The position numbers were made by a program, and so were the translations under genes. Below the pieces are notes generated by a model, which saw only the letters and a list, made by a program, of their open reading frames with translations, made no database searches and was not told the origin of the DNA. A stretch of DNA of 63,285 nt, counting the filler, from Bipalium vagum (taxonomy: Eukaryota), in NCBI GenBank assembly GCA_037834085.1. It is 3 parts of 3 records of this genome, joined end to end, with 100 filler letters (N's around TTAATTAATTAA, not from the genome) between each part and the next. Parts side by side here need not be neighbours in the genome. Positions count along the whole stretch, not along the records: positions 1 to 29,787 come from JBBMKC010011777.1; 2 more parts are not named here. One strand, 5' to 3'. Each line of letters begins with the position of its first letter. The stretch's first letter is position 1. This document shows, piece by piece, positions 1-13,000 of this stretch.

Positions 1-2649
1 GATTTCTTTCTTTATTACCATTTGTTATTTTTATGAAATACCAAAAACAAATTTCTTCTGAACAATTTCTTAGACAAAATAGTTTAAGACATAAATAGTA
101 AAATGCAGAAAAATACTATATTACCATTTATATTATTCTATCAATTTATTGCAATTAATACTTTTCCTGAATATTCCGAAGGGTCGACATAGCGTTTGAT
201 AGGAAATCAACTTATCGACATATATAGCTGCTGGTTGCCAGTATCATTTTCCATAATTGAAAAAGGGCACAATTGGGATACCAGGTAGAGCCAGTCAAGA
301 AAACGTGACAGTATTCCTTTGCAGTTCCAATCATTATAAAGTCATTAATGAATTGGCAACTGTTCCCAATCGTCATACCATGGGATACGATTTCCAATAT
401 AGATATCCGTATCAGCTGTTAATTTCGTTCACGGTCAAACCGGCAATGGAAGCCGTCTTTCGGGGAAATGTTGCCTTGCAGCTTCAATTTTATTAAATTG
501 CCATGGCCAATTTTATCATTTCTCAATAGAGTCGAACATCTAGGGGAAATATTATTAGATTACACAACAAGGATGTGTTGCTCCTAAACAACTTACTACT
601 GACAATCAATCAATTGTATTCAGAACTGGACGTTTTTATGAAACAAATTACATTAGGCATAGTATATAATTCAATTATCTGTCTTGAATTTCAGAAGATT
701 TCCCGTTTTCATGTTGAATAATTTATGGGATTTAATGGGTTTGATTATGGCATGCTAATAATTCATTCGTTATCGATTTTTTCTTATTATAACATAAAGA
801 AATATTATTATTAAAACTGGGGAGACTGTAAATAAATAAAAAATAAAACTGAAGATAAATTTGAAAAAGAATTCTTCTTTCTGCTGTAATTATTAATATA
901 AAAATAATAATTAAAATAATTAAAATTAAATATTTTCATAAAATCCTAGAGCAACACGACAAAAGTTTTAATAAAATAAAATTATAAATTCCTTTATTAT
1001 TATGGAAATTATTATAGCCTAATTAATATAATTCAGTTAAAATTTTATTATATTATAATATTATTAATATAATTTCAAAAATTAAAATTATTGTTTTTAT
1101 AATTGAAATAATATATATAGTATATAAAAATATACTATCATAAATTTTTAGTGTTTATTCATTGTTTTTATAATTGATAAAATTTCATTACGTAATGATT
1201 CCAATGTTTTTGTTTTTTCTCTTAACATTTTGTTACTCTTATTAATAATGTATATTATATTATATTAATTATTTATTATTAATTATTAATTAATTATTAT
1301 TATTATTAATTATTAATTATAATTATTTATTATTATTTAATTATTTATTATTTATTATTTATTTATTTTTATTAATTATTTTATGTATATTATATTATAT
1401 TAATATATTAATGTATATTATATTTATTTATATATTATATTTATATTTCCAATGATGTGCAAAAATCTGAACAGGGTTAAAAACCCCTTATTTAAATAAT
1501 ATATCAAAATTATTACTATAACTCTATCAATGCATTTTAAACAAGTAAAAGTGCTTTTTATTATTATTTTTATTATTATTATTATTAAGACTTATTATTA
1601 TTATTATTATTATTAAGACTTATTATCATCATCATCATCATAATCATTTAATTTTTTAACACTATGGGAGTGGACGTGTGATGGATGTGATTGTATTGAG
1701 TAAAAGTAAAAATTCGCCCGGGAAAGTTTCTAATTGAATAAGGAATCTTCATAGCTATTTGTGGATATATCTATCGATTAATGGGAATAAATGCACGGAT
1801 ATACGAGAATTATAACTTAATTATAAAGCAAATGAAAAAGTAGTAGTGATGAGTTGCTACTCTTTTTAAGAAATTAATTACATTTTTTCATTCGTGAAAT
1901 TCCCAGAGAATCCGAATCTTAAAGTATAATATTAAAGCCGTTTTGTCGAGAATTATCATGAGGATAAGTGTTAATCATTTTTTCTTTATTATATAAAATT
2001 TCCACTATATGATATTGGACACTGAATATTATTTGTTCAGGCCCCAGATGGAGGCGCAGCTGTACGAAAATCTCTTGAGATAAATAGTAACTCCGTAGAG
2101 CAGCTACGTTAGATTAATAGATACAAAAATTCGAGTCTATAATTAACAAGACATGTCGAGGGAATATTTTTCTGATTAATTACGGATGTGAGAATTCGAT
2201 TTGTTTAGGAGAATTTGATTTTTTCAAAAAAGAATGATTTTTTATCCAGTCTCTCAAGAATCTTCAAAATATTATCGTTTCCTCGGTATTCTAGGATTGA
2301 TAGAATAATAATGTTTGTCAATTAAATTCTGGACTTGTTGTTTCGTTCACCATGACAGAAAAATGCAAGATATAATTCGTATTTTTAAATTGAACTGCTT
2401 ACTTTCATAATTATATGAACGCTATGAAATTGACGCTACAGGTTGACATTGAAACAATTCTTATCATAAAAATTAGATTTTAAACAACTCTTTGAAATAA
2501 TAAAACATAAATCCCCCATTTCATGTGGGACAACCTGATATTTCAATGTCATTTTTTATTAAAACAAAATAAAATTGCTCAGCAAATTACCGATATTTTC
2601 ATGAGAAAATACTTAAACGAACGATAATAATGACCTTTCATAACCTTAA

Positions 2650-3290
2650 TACAAGGGTAATGCAAAAGTTTTTGCTCAAAAAACAATCTTATAAAGAAAC
2701 TTTACATTCCAAATAAGGTTATACCGTTATTTTCAAAATTTCATAGGTACATTTTATGTTTAAAATTTATAATTTTATTTAAGTAGCAATTTATCATTTG
2801 TTTAAACATTGAAATGTTGACACTGTGGGTTTTTGAATTTCAATAATTAGTTTTTTCAAATCTTGTGATTAAGATGAATTTTAAAAATTTGAGATGAGAG
2901 TGTTGTTGTTCTACTATTGGAAAAGAGGCTTGAGCACGAGGGATGCTTGCAAGGAGATATGCGAGTTTGAAGGTGAAGAAATTATTGCTCAGAGGACTGC
3001 TGCTAAGTGGTTCAAGGACTTGAATAATGAAGATTTGAACCTTGAAGACAAGTCACATTTAGGTTGACCTTCACTGCCATTGGATGATGAATTGCTTATA
3101 GCCTTACCAGGAAGTTCTTTTTGTGTGTCTGATGGAATTTTGAATTCTTCATTTTGAACTGATTCCAAATGGTAAATCCATAAATGCAAAACTTTATTTC
3201 CAGCAGCCTGGTCGTGTTTATGATGCACTTAAACTGAAGTATCCTAATAAATAAATATTTAATTTTGAGTACAAAGTATTGCATCATCCT
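2650..3290 (+). mobile_element. Mariner transposon remnant (internally deleted)
   Basis: MRVLLFYYWKRGLSTRDACKEICEFEGEEIIAQRTAAKWFK..LEDKSHLG*P (HTH) and HFELIPNGKSINAKLYFQQ; TIR-like TACAAGGGTAATGCAAAAG at ~2650. Confidence 0.85.
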
Positions 3291-4879
3291 AGTAACTTTT
3301 CTAATAATTTCTGAATGTTATACTAAAAAATAAATCCCGTTTTAGAATTAAGCACAGCACTGCAAAAATTTAATGGAAGGTTTTTGTATTTTTAAATGTA
3401 TTAATTATAATTAATAATAAAATTCATTAAAATAATTTCTTTGCATTATAATTACATTGTAAGCATGTCTCTTGGAACACAATATGGCATACATACAAAT
3501 GTCTGTCAATTCTATGATGCCTGATTACAAAAAGTGGAAATTCTTAGAAAAATTTTAAACTGTTGTACCTGAATAAGCAAACATTCACAGACATTCACAG
3601 AGGGTTGTGTGTTTAAAAAACATTCCTTAATATATTATACATACGTTTACATACAAACCAGCGGATGTCTTCCCAAAATTTGATTTTCATTAGTCTCCAT
3701 CGATAAGGAAATATTAATAAGACAGATATAACTATCTGTAAACATGAAACATCTTCAAAGGCCTCAGGATATGCATTTGTTTTAATCCAGTTGTAATCTA
3801 TGGGATTATTTCTTACATTACCACCATCCTCAACTTCGACAGCATCGGTTATTGTCGGAATTGATCAATTAAGACATTCGATGCCATATGAAGCCTTACC
3901 AGCATTGGACAAATATGTACGACTATAATATACAAATATCTGTCTATTAAATGAATAAAGGAATGCAAAATAAGGGATTATATGTTATGTTACAATCCCC
4001 CAGATTAAATTGACTGAAATATTCCAATTAATTGTTAAAATCAATAAATTGATTATATTATTTTTCGATAAAAAATTAATTAATTTCAATACTGCCTTTA
4101 TGAAACAGAGAAAAATATATACAGATAATAAAATAAAAACAGATTTTAAAGGTATGTAAAAAATATTAAAATTAGCTTAAATTAATATTTAAAATAAAAT
4201 TATATTTTAATTAATTAAAATATGTGAAAATAAATAATTTCATCTTAATAAAAATTAATTAATTTATCTTAATTATTACAATAACTCTATCATTGTTGAG
4301 TAAGTGGAAGAGATTAGTTAGAAATTTTAATTAAAACAAAAAGATTATTGATTTATGATAATTTTCATTGGAGTTATTTTTAATTATCTTTTAATAAGTA
4401 ATCAATATTCTAATTATTTAAAACAAAATGTTTATGAAATACCTTATTAATAATTAAAATAGTAGATGTAATGTAATCATAATTATACATTTTTAATTCG
4501 ATTTGTCTAAAAGTGATGAAAATAATAAAATATTTTTTAATTATTTAATAATTGTCAATTATAATTTCCTCATAATATATTACTCACAAGTAGTATCATT
4601 CTTTTTGTTTAAATTAAGTTCTAAATTAAATTTCTTTACATCAGATAAAGAGCGTAATTTTTCCAATGTTTGGTGGAGTTTTAATCTATAAAAACTGTCC
4701 AGCTAGATCAAATTGATACTATCTTCAAATGAAAAGAAAATTTTTGTTTTAATTTGAAAATTCTAGTGGTCCCCATTACGAGTCATACATAAAACCCAGT
4801 TTTCCATTAGAGGTTTGTTTTTCTTTAAGGATTACGTTGGCGAAAAGTTTCAAGCCTTTTTACTTGTGCATATTTAATC

Positions 4880-5275
4880 TGAGTATTATTTATTTCCTCA
4901 CTTTGTTAACAAGAGGCTAAAAGATACATAATTATTGACATTGAAGTCCCTTTGTATCAGAGGTCTCTGTCTGATGTAATGATGAGGCAAACAAACAAAA
5001 ATATCAGATTCCACTTGATGAAGTCAAAACCTATGAGCATTTTTATTCGATATAGTGAATCGTGGATCCCAACTAAATACCAAACATTCGGATCATTATT
5101 GATTTTAAAAATCTTAAATCAGTAAAAATATTTTAAAAATTTACTATCAAGACGACCATTAACATCCATAATATTTGGAAAAATCTCTTAGCCAGAGCCG
5201 AGTCAAACAGCAAAACGTCATCATCTCAATGAGAACCGCATCTTTGATATTAAATAAATCACTGTTTTTGTATTT
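4880..5275 (+). mobile_element. 3' end of an RLE-endonuclease (NeSL/R2-group) non-LTR retrotransposon, degenerate
   Basis: Clear nucleotide homology to 31860-32260 (IIDIEVP motif, TCGTGGATCCCA, shared 3' UTR ending AATAAA.CACTGTTTTT). Confidence 0.75.
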
Positions 5276-5814
5276 TTGTAATTGTTTGAATGAACGTTTA
5301 CTGTTGACTTTCAAAATATTATTTGTCAATATTATTATAGTTAAAGTTCTCCAACGAAAAATATCCGTTGTTCTGAAGGATAAGATTAATAAATTTTGGT
5401 AGGATTTTAGCTATATAAAACAACTTTGAGTTATTCAAATATTTTCAATAATTGTGGTCGTGTAAAGATTGGTAAATCTAATCGTGGCGTATGGTCGTGA
5501 ATTTTCAACCCAAACTCCATTTTAGCTGTTATTGAAAGGATTGAGGACGGTCATCATTAACAGCTCAAATACTGATTGAAGGTTTTGAATAAGTTTTATT
5601 CTGATTTTTGAAAAAATTACACCAAATTAAAATTTTCACCTTTTCCCTCTTTGAACTTCCTCATCAACCTAATCTCATAAATGAGACTAGAATTTATTGT
5701 TTGATTGAATATTTCACAGATATGGGTTTTTTCAATTTAAAACGGTAAAAACAGATAATTATATTGTTTGAATAAATGTTCTTTAATTTTTAAAAAATTA
5801 TTTTTCATTAATAG

Positions 5815-6130
5815 GGATCCATCACTTTAATTATTGAGGCTCATGATACCGTGGAAAGCAGACCATTCCATCGTTTAGTCATAGACCGAGTAGTTTACAG
5901 AAATATTCTGAAACCATCTTTGGAAAGGAAATCTTCAGAAAAGTGGCATGATGTTGTCCTACTTAATGGTCTTTCTGTCTATCAATTTAGCATTAGCTTA
6001 ACCTGCCATGGTGATTATTATGGAGAATCGTGTGATAGGTATTGCAAAAATAATTCTGGTCATTACCAATGCGACCGCAATGGAGACAAGGTCTGCAATC
6101 ATGGCTGGATGGGCACTGATTGCAATACAA
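5815..6130 (+). CDS. jagged: Jagged exon: C2/MNNL C-terminus and DSL domain
   Basis: AG at 5813-14; [11 protein letters not shown]...[44 protein letters not shown]; GT at 6131. Confidence 0.92.
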
Positions 6131-6133
6131 GTG

Positions 6134-6201
<68 letters not shown>

Positions 6202-9200
6202 GGGCTCCCAGAAAACTGACCTTATAATTTTAAAAATTGACTTTATCTTCCTTAATAAATAGAAAACTGACTCAAAGAAAAAACATAATATTTTGTCATT
6301 TTTGTGCAATAATTTATTACTAATCAGTTTTAATAATGTGATATATGATGGAAAAATTATTATTTAATTCGTTAAAATATTGCTTGATTTTATGAGAACC
6401 AAACTAGAACTTATGTAAAAATATGTAATATGTCACCTAGAGCGAAGCAGAATCGATTTAGCGAGAGAACAATAAAAGGTACTGAATGATTAGTGATGAG
6501 AAGTAAGTTCTGGTACCACTAATTAATTAATTATTGCGGTTTTAAAATCGGTTAAAATTTTTGTAGAATTAATAATGAAATATTATTTGTACCAAAATAA
6601 ATAATACATTTTTTCAAAACAAGAACGCCTGATGAAAATGTTTATCAAGCATAAAATTAAATATTAAATTATTATCAAAATATTATAAAGTTTTCAGTCA
6701 TAATGATTGTTGACCAATCTATTGTGATGTTTGGGGATTTTTTATCGATCCCCAAAAGATCTCTGGTTGTGGCTCTTCTGGAGTATTCAGAAGACTTGAC
6801 TACAGCTCCTTTAGGTTTCAGTCTTTAGATTGAATGTTTTAAGTTGTTCTTTAAGGGTCACACTAGATTTTACTGTTGATAACAACAGTATAATAAATTT
6901 AATAAAACTTAAGATTGAGATTGTGGAAATGGACATCTTCTTTAAATTCTTGTTTATATAAAACCCAGTTGTATTTATATTTAAAAAATAACTAGATAAA
7001 AATTAATAATTTAAAATTTTTTAAAGAAAGAACCTTCCACTTCACAGTTTTACATGAGCATAACACGTACATCTTAACTCAGACAATATCCATTCTGTCA
7101 ATGGAACCTGGTTTTAAACATATTTAAGGACTAATTTTAAATTTGGATATTTGTTTAATCAGTAACCTTTTTTTTCACAATTAGATCCCACTAAACCTTC
7201 GACTCAATATGTATGGAAACACATTAGGTTTTGAAGAGTTTCAAGACCCAATTTTGATATCTTCTGTACAGTTAATAATACGGCCTTCCAAATTATTTTC
7301 ATTCACTCTTTTGATTAAAGCTAAAGCTTTGAGGAATATCAATATCGAATATAGTGAACTTTTCACAGTACTTTTTTGCCGTTGTTTTTTTTACAGTCGA
7401 TGGAAGTTCATAATGGATAGTGTTGTTAAAAAGTCCTCTCAAATAAGCATCTTTATTATGATTATTTATGATCTATTGTTTAATTTGTCAGGTTCTTTCA
7501 TGGTCCACGTTATTGTGAAACTCACTTTTTATCACGTTTTACTAAGGGTTGATAAAAAGATAATTTATGATGAAAATTTAATAAAAGAAAAAAATCAAAA
7601 ATTTTCTAGGTTATTTAAACAAAATGGTTTTTTAAAAATAAAAATATTTATCTTTATTTAATATAAATAAAATTATTATATTTATATTTGGGATTCCTTT
7701 AATTTTTAAGAAAATATTATTCTGTTCTTAATAGCAATTTGCAAAGCTGGGTGCCACCGAGTTCACGGGTTTTGTCCACAACCGGGAGAGTGCATGTTGG
7801 TTGTTGACACTTTTAATAAATAATATATTATTTAATATCATAGCTGCCGAGAGGGATGGAAAGGACCATACTGTGATGAATGTATTAAATATCCTGGATG
7901 TAAGCATGGAACTTGTGTCGACTCGCCTTGGACTTGTTATTGTGAAAATAATTGGGGTGGACAATTTTGTGATCAAAGTAAAGAAACTAATTATCTTTAA
8001 AATGTTTATTTCAAGTTTTGCAGGTCTAAACTATTGTGCTGAAAATAACCCTTGTAAAAATGGAGGAATTTGTGAAAATCAGGCTTCACAAATCAAACCA
8101 TATATATGTATTTGTCCATCTGGGCTTAGTGGAGAAAACTGTGAAAAGGGTAAAATATTAAACCTAATTTCTTTTAATTAACATTACCTTTTATTTTACT
8201 AAACCATTTTTATCATTGTGGAAACTGAACACTTAAAACAACAAGGTTGCTTTAGACCTCGGGTTTGATTATCTAACTATCCTGTGTCAACTAAAGCTCA
8301 TAGGGAAGAAAACAATTGAGAAATGAGCACCACATCAACTGAACCATAACCAAAAATTTCACCATCATGAGATCTGCTCCTCACCTCTTACACCTCACCT
8401 CTCTTGTGTAAAATGAATGAAAGTAATCTATTTGATAAGTGGGTTCTTTATGACAACAAAAAGCGTTACTCTCAATGGTTGGACAAGGATGAGTCCCTAA
8501 AACGTTTCACAAAAATAAATTTTCACCAGAATAAAATTATGTTAATTACTTGATGAAATTCCAATGGCATTATTCAATTTAACTTTCTAAAAACAAGTCA
8601 AACCATCACACCAGTGAAATATTACCAAGATCTGGAAGATATACATCATAAACTGAAGTTTTTATCCTGAATTAGTCAAAAGAAATGCCGCAATCCTTTT
8701 GCATGACAACACTCGGTCACATGTTGCACAAATGTGACAACAAAAGCCCAGAGAGTTTGGTTTTGAAATTCTTACTCCCCCCTTATTTTCTCCATATCTC
8801 TTTCGAACAGATTATCACCAATTCCTGCAGAAGAAACAGTTCAAATGCGGAGACGCTATTGAAAATGCTGTTAGAGCATTGATGGACTGCAGGAACCCAG
8901 GTCTTTATGCTATTGGACTAAATAAACTTGTTTCTTATTTGCAACAATGCAATAAATCTAATGGACCGTATTTTGATGAATGAAGTTTATTTTTGACAGA
9001 GTTTTTAAGTTATCATATAAAAATTGCCTAAATAATGCACTAATCTGACAACTTAAATCCTTTTATACCACAAGACACTATCTTTAATTAAGGCTGGTAA
9101 TAATAAATGTCTTCTATATAATAACATTTTTAATAACATAAAAGCTATACTCCCCAAAAACTGTTCAGAAAACAAAAATTTTAGGGTTTAGCAATTCCTA

Positions 9201-9934
9201 TTCTATTTTTATTGAATGAATTTGTTTGGCGAAACTCTATCGAGAAAAACAAAATCAAAGACGTTTCATAATGACTGGTGACATTTATCACGTATAATAA
9301 TTGCTATAATAAAAATTTGGATTTAAATTTAAAATGATGAACTTACGAACGGCAACTGCAACATTACCTAATATATTTCCTTTTTATGGAATTCATAATT
9401 TATATTATTTATTATCAATAGATCCCTGTATACCAAATCCTTGTGTTAAAGGAACTTGTCTGAAATATAAGGATGGACACTACTGTCAGTGTTTTGCTGG
9501 ATACACCGGAAAACTCTGTGATCATGGTATGATTTATTTAAATTTTATTAATTAAATTTTTTAATAATATATGAATATGAAAAAATTCAGTAAAATGAGT
9601 GGTCACTGAATCGATTTCTGTGATTTCCAATTTGAAATATTTTAATTTCTAAAAGTTATGTAAATTTTATTTTACGGAGTCTATTTGAAACATATGGAAT
9701 GGACGATCTTAGCATTCCTAAGTCCCAAGACCGATAATTCCATTCAAAGTATTGAATTTCAATAAGTTATAAGAAACACTTTTATTTGACTTGAGAGTAA
9801 CGGGCTCAGTACTGGAGAATCTGATAAAACCAGCGTTACTGATAAAATGTCAGTAATTATTGATAGTTTTCCTGAAACAGTTAACTAGACTAAGATTTCT
9901 TAACACTTCATTGTTAACAATGACATTAAGCTAA

Positions 9935-10003
<69 letters not shown>

Positions 10004-13000
10004 CCTTATTATTATTACAATCGTTATGTTTTATATGGTTACGGAAAATATTGAGAACCTTTAAGTTTTTGGTACCAAGCAGAAAGCAGAATATAATTAA
10101 ATATATTTATTTGTAATGATAAAAATAAACATTCTATTATAAGTTGTGCTTTATTTCTTTTTAATTTATATTTATGTGAATATTTAAAATATCAATAATT
10201 ATAAATGATGCACAATATTTTTGAACACTGGATCGAGTAACATTCCAATAATGAGACATACTATCTAAAAGCTCATTCTAAAATATTAAATAATAATAAT
10301 TATTATAATTAATGAAATAAAAATAAAGAATAGAAAAATTCTCAATTTCTCACAGCTTACCTTTCAGTTCCTTGTTATGTATATTGTAAACAAATTCCGT
10401 TCATGTTTATTTATAATATATATTATATAACAATTTTAAGCAAAGTTTTATTATTAGAATAAGAAACCGAAGTTTATTATAAAACCTTTGGTCACACAGC
10501 ATGCTTTGTATTCAACTATGATCATGAAAATTATTGAGATAAATAACCTGAATATCAAATTCAATGAATACAATAAACAAAAGTCAATGTTTATTTTGTG
10601 TTGAATATTTGTAATGATATTAAAAAATACTAAAAGATATAAGATTCATTATAATAATAATAAAAATAATAATAATAAAGAAAAATAATAATAATAAATA
10701 ATAATAATAATAATAATAAATAATAATAAATAATAATAAAGTAATGATATTAACAAATACTAAAAGATATAACATTCATTATAATAATAATAATAATAAT
10801 AATAAAAATAATAATAATAAAAATAATAATAATATTATTATTAACAACTTTTTATCTCAATTTTATTACCACTTCTATTGAGCAGATTCGTCCATCAATT
10901 TCTTATCCAAATTGAGACATTGTACCAATTAGGATGAAGATTTATTACGTTCACTTTCAGAAGGCAAAAACCAGAATTGATTGCTAATGCCTTTCAAGCT
11001 GAAACAGAGTAATATGACGCTCTTCTAATAGCCAGTATGAGGGGATTTCTGTTCTCGTAACTCAGTCAGTTGGCTGTCACAATTCATTACGAACATTGAT
11101 GGAATTTTTGATTAAATTTTGGCTTACTTAGTCCCATCACCCTCGCAGGAAAACGGTTCAGTTATTTATCTGTGAATTCTCACTTGATAAAACAATAAAC
11201 CGCAATTAATATTGAACATTTTTCTAAAAACCAAAGCTACTTTAATAACTTGAGATAATCCTCTTTGGATTTTTATACATACTTTGACATGTGATGTAAA
11301 TGGATATGATCAAAAGATACGTTCCACTCACGATTTATGATCCTTCCGATACAAAATCAATTTTATTACTGTTTTTTGAGATTATAATGAGGATTTCACA
11401 GAAATTAAATAATTTTTATAACTGAAAAATTTCCCTAATAAAAATTCAGTTTCATTCCTCAAGCATTTCCTATCAATATTTATTATTGAATAACTTTAGT
11501 ATTTTATCAGCTTAAATAATGAAAATTTTATAATAAATTAGTCTAAAAATATTTTTATAAATTTATCAACATGCACAGAGTTTGTATAAGGTAGGCATCC
11601 GATTTTGGAGATATATCATACTTAAATATTCCATTTATGTTTACTAAGAAATAAAATTTAATGTAAATTTTTAATTGTTTTAATAAATAGATGTTATCGA
11701 ATTTAACGGCAGTAAATTCAAATTTTAATAATGTTCTACATTGAAGAAAGAATACAAATTGTTTTACTGATAGCTGAAATTGAATTAATCGCATTAGTAA
11801 GACGGCATTTATAATGCTTGAATTGGAACAAGATACGTACAGTGAGGACAATGAAAAAGATATTTGCAAAACTCAAAGACTGTGAGAGTGCGAACTTTTG
11901 AAGTCTGGAAGAATTGGAACAAGATACGTACAGTGAGGACAATGAAAAAGATATTTGCAAAACTCAAAGACTGTGAGAGTGCGAACCTTTGAAGTCTGGA
12001 AGACTATCAATTCAACATGAAAAAATATGAATAAAAAGTCAGATTTATGAAGAAACGCGCGAGACATCGCTAATACCTGCTGCTACGAAAATTGAGTGAG
12101 GTTTGAAAGCTTTATACAATGTAGTACGAATAGATCTTCAACTTTATCCGCACAAGATCTTAATTATTCTTACAGACTGAAAAAATTGTAATGTGCTAAA
12201 TACCAATTAATGAATCTTAAAATAATCCAACTTTGCTACAACTTTTTTTTAAATTACAAAAACCAAAGGATATCCTGAAAGGTATTATTCAAATGAAAGC
12301 AGTTAGAATATGACAAAAAATGTGTTAAAATGTTATGAATGGCTTTTACAATAGCTTATATAAATGTATTAAAGCTAAAGGTCATTAAATTTCAATAAAT
12401 AAGTACTAGTGTCAACATTTCTGCAGTCTTATGTTGAATATACCAATAGGGTATTACATTTTAAAATCGGTTGCTTACTTTATACATAAGCTGTATAAAA
12501 TATAAATCAATAGTGACATTATTTTATCAATGTTTAAATATTAATCATTGCGAAATTTTCATTATATATTGAAAAGTCCAGAAACAAGGTCCAAAATTAG
12601 GAAATAAAATAGTTTAAATTTCCTATTTATGACCTTATTGTATTTATTAGATATCAACATGTGTGACTTTAAATCTTGTCTGAACGGAGGAAAGTGCGTG
12701 AAGGGAAAAAATGGTATCAATGTATGTGAATGTACTCCAGGCTTTAGAGGATCCGAATGCCATTTGTCTGACCCATGTAAAAATTCACAATGCAAACACG
12801 CTTCAGATTGTCAAGTACAATCCACGAGCCTTGGAGAATATAAATGCAATTGCCATGATGGATACACGGGCAAATACTGTGAAGAAAAAATTGATAAGTG
12901 TAAAAATAACCCTTGTAAAAACAATGGAGTCTGCCATGTTAGTTGAATATGATTTCTTGTAATTCTGTAACATTAGAACTAAACTAGAAAATTAGTTTTC

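Noticed and set aside
2327-2360. Minus-strand hammerhead-like TTCTG..GTGAAC GAAAC..GTC CAGAA
   Set aside because: The CUGANGA core is missing (TCATG instead), so at best it is a dead relic.
6131-6219. Poly-leucine TM-like tail of ORF 5851-6219
   Set aside because: Read-through into an intronic (TTA)n microsatellite after the GT donor at 6131.
6200-7661. ORF 7209-7661 and a possible hAT remnant (TAGGGCTCCC end, CYAH motif on minus)
   Set aside because: The ORF has no recognisable features and lies in an intron; hAT evidence is one short motif with no matching second TIR.
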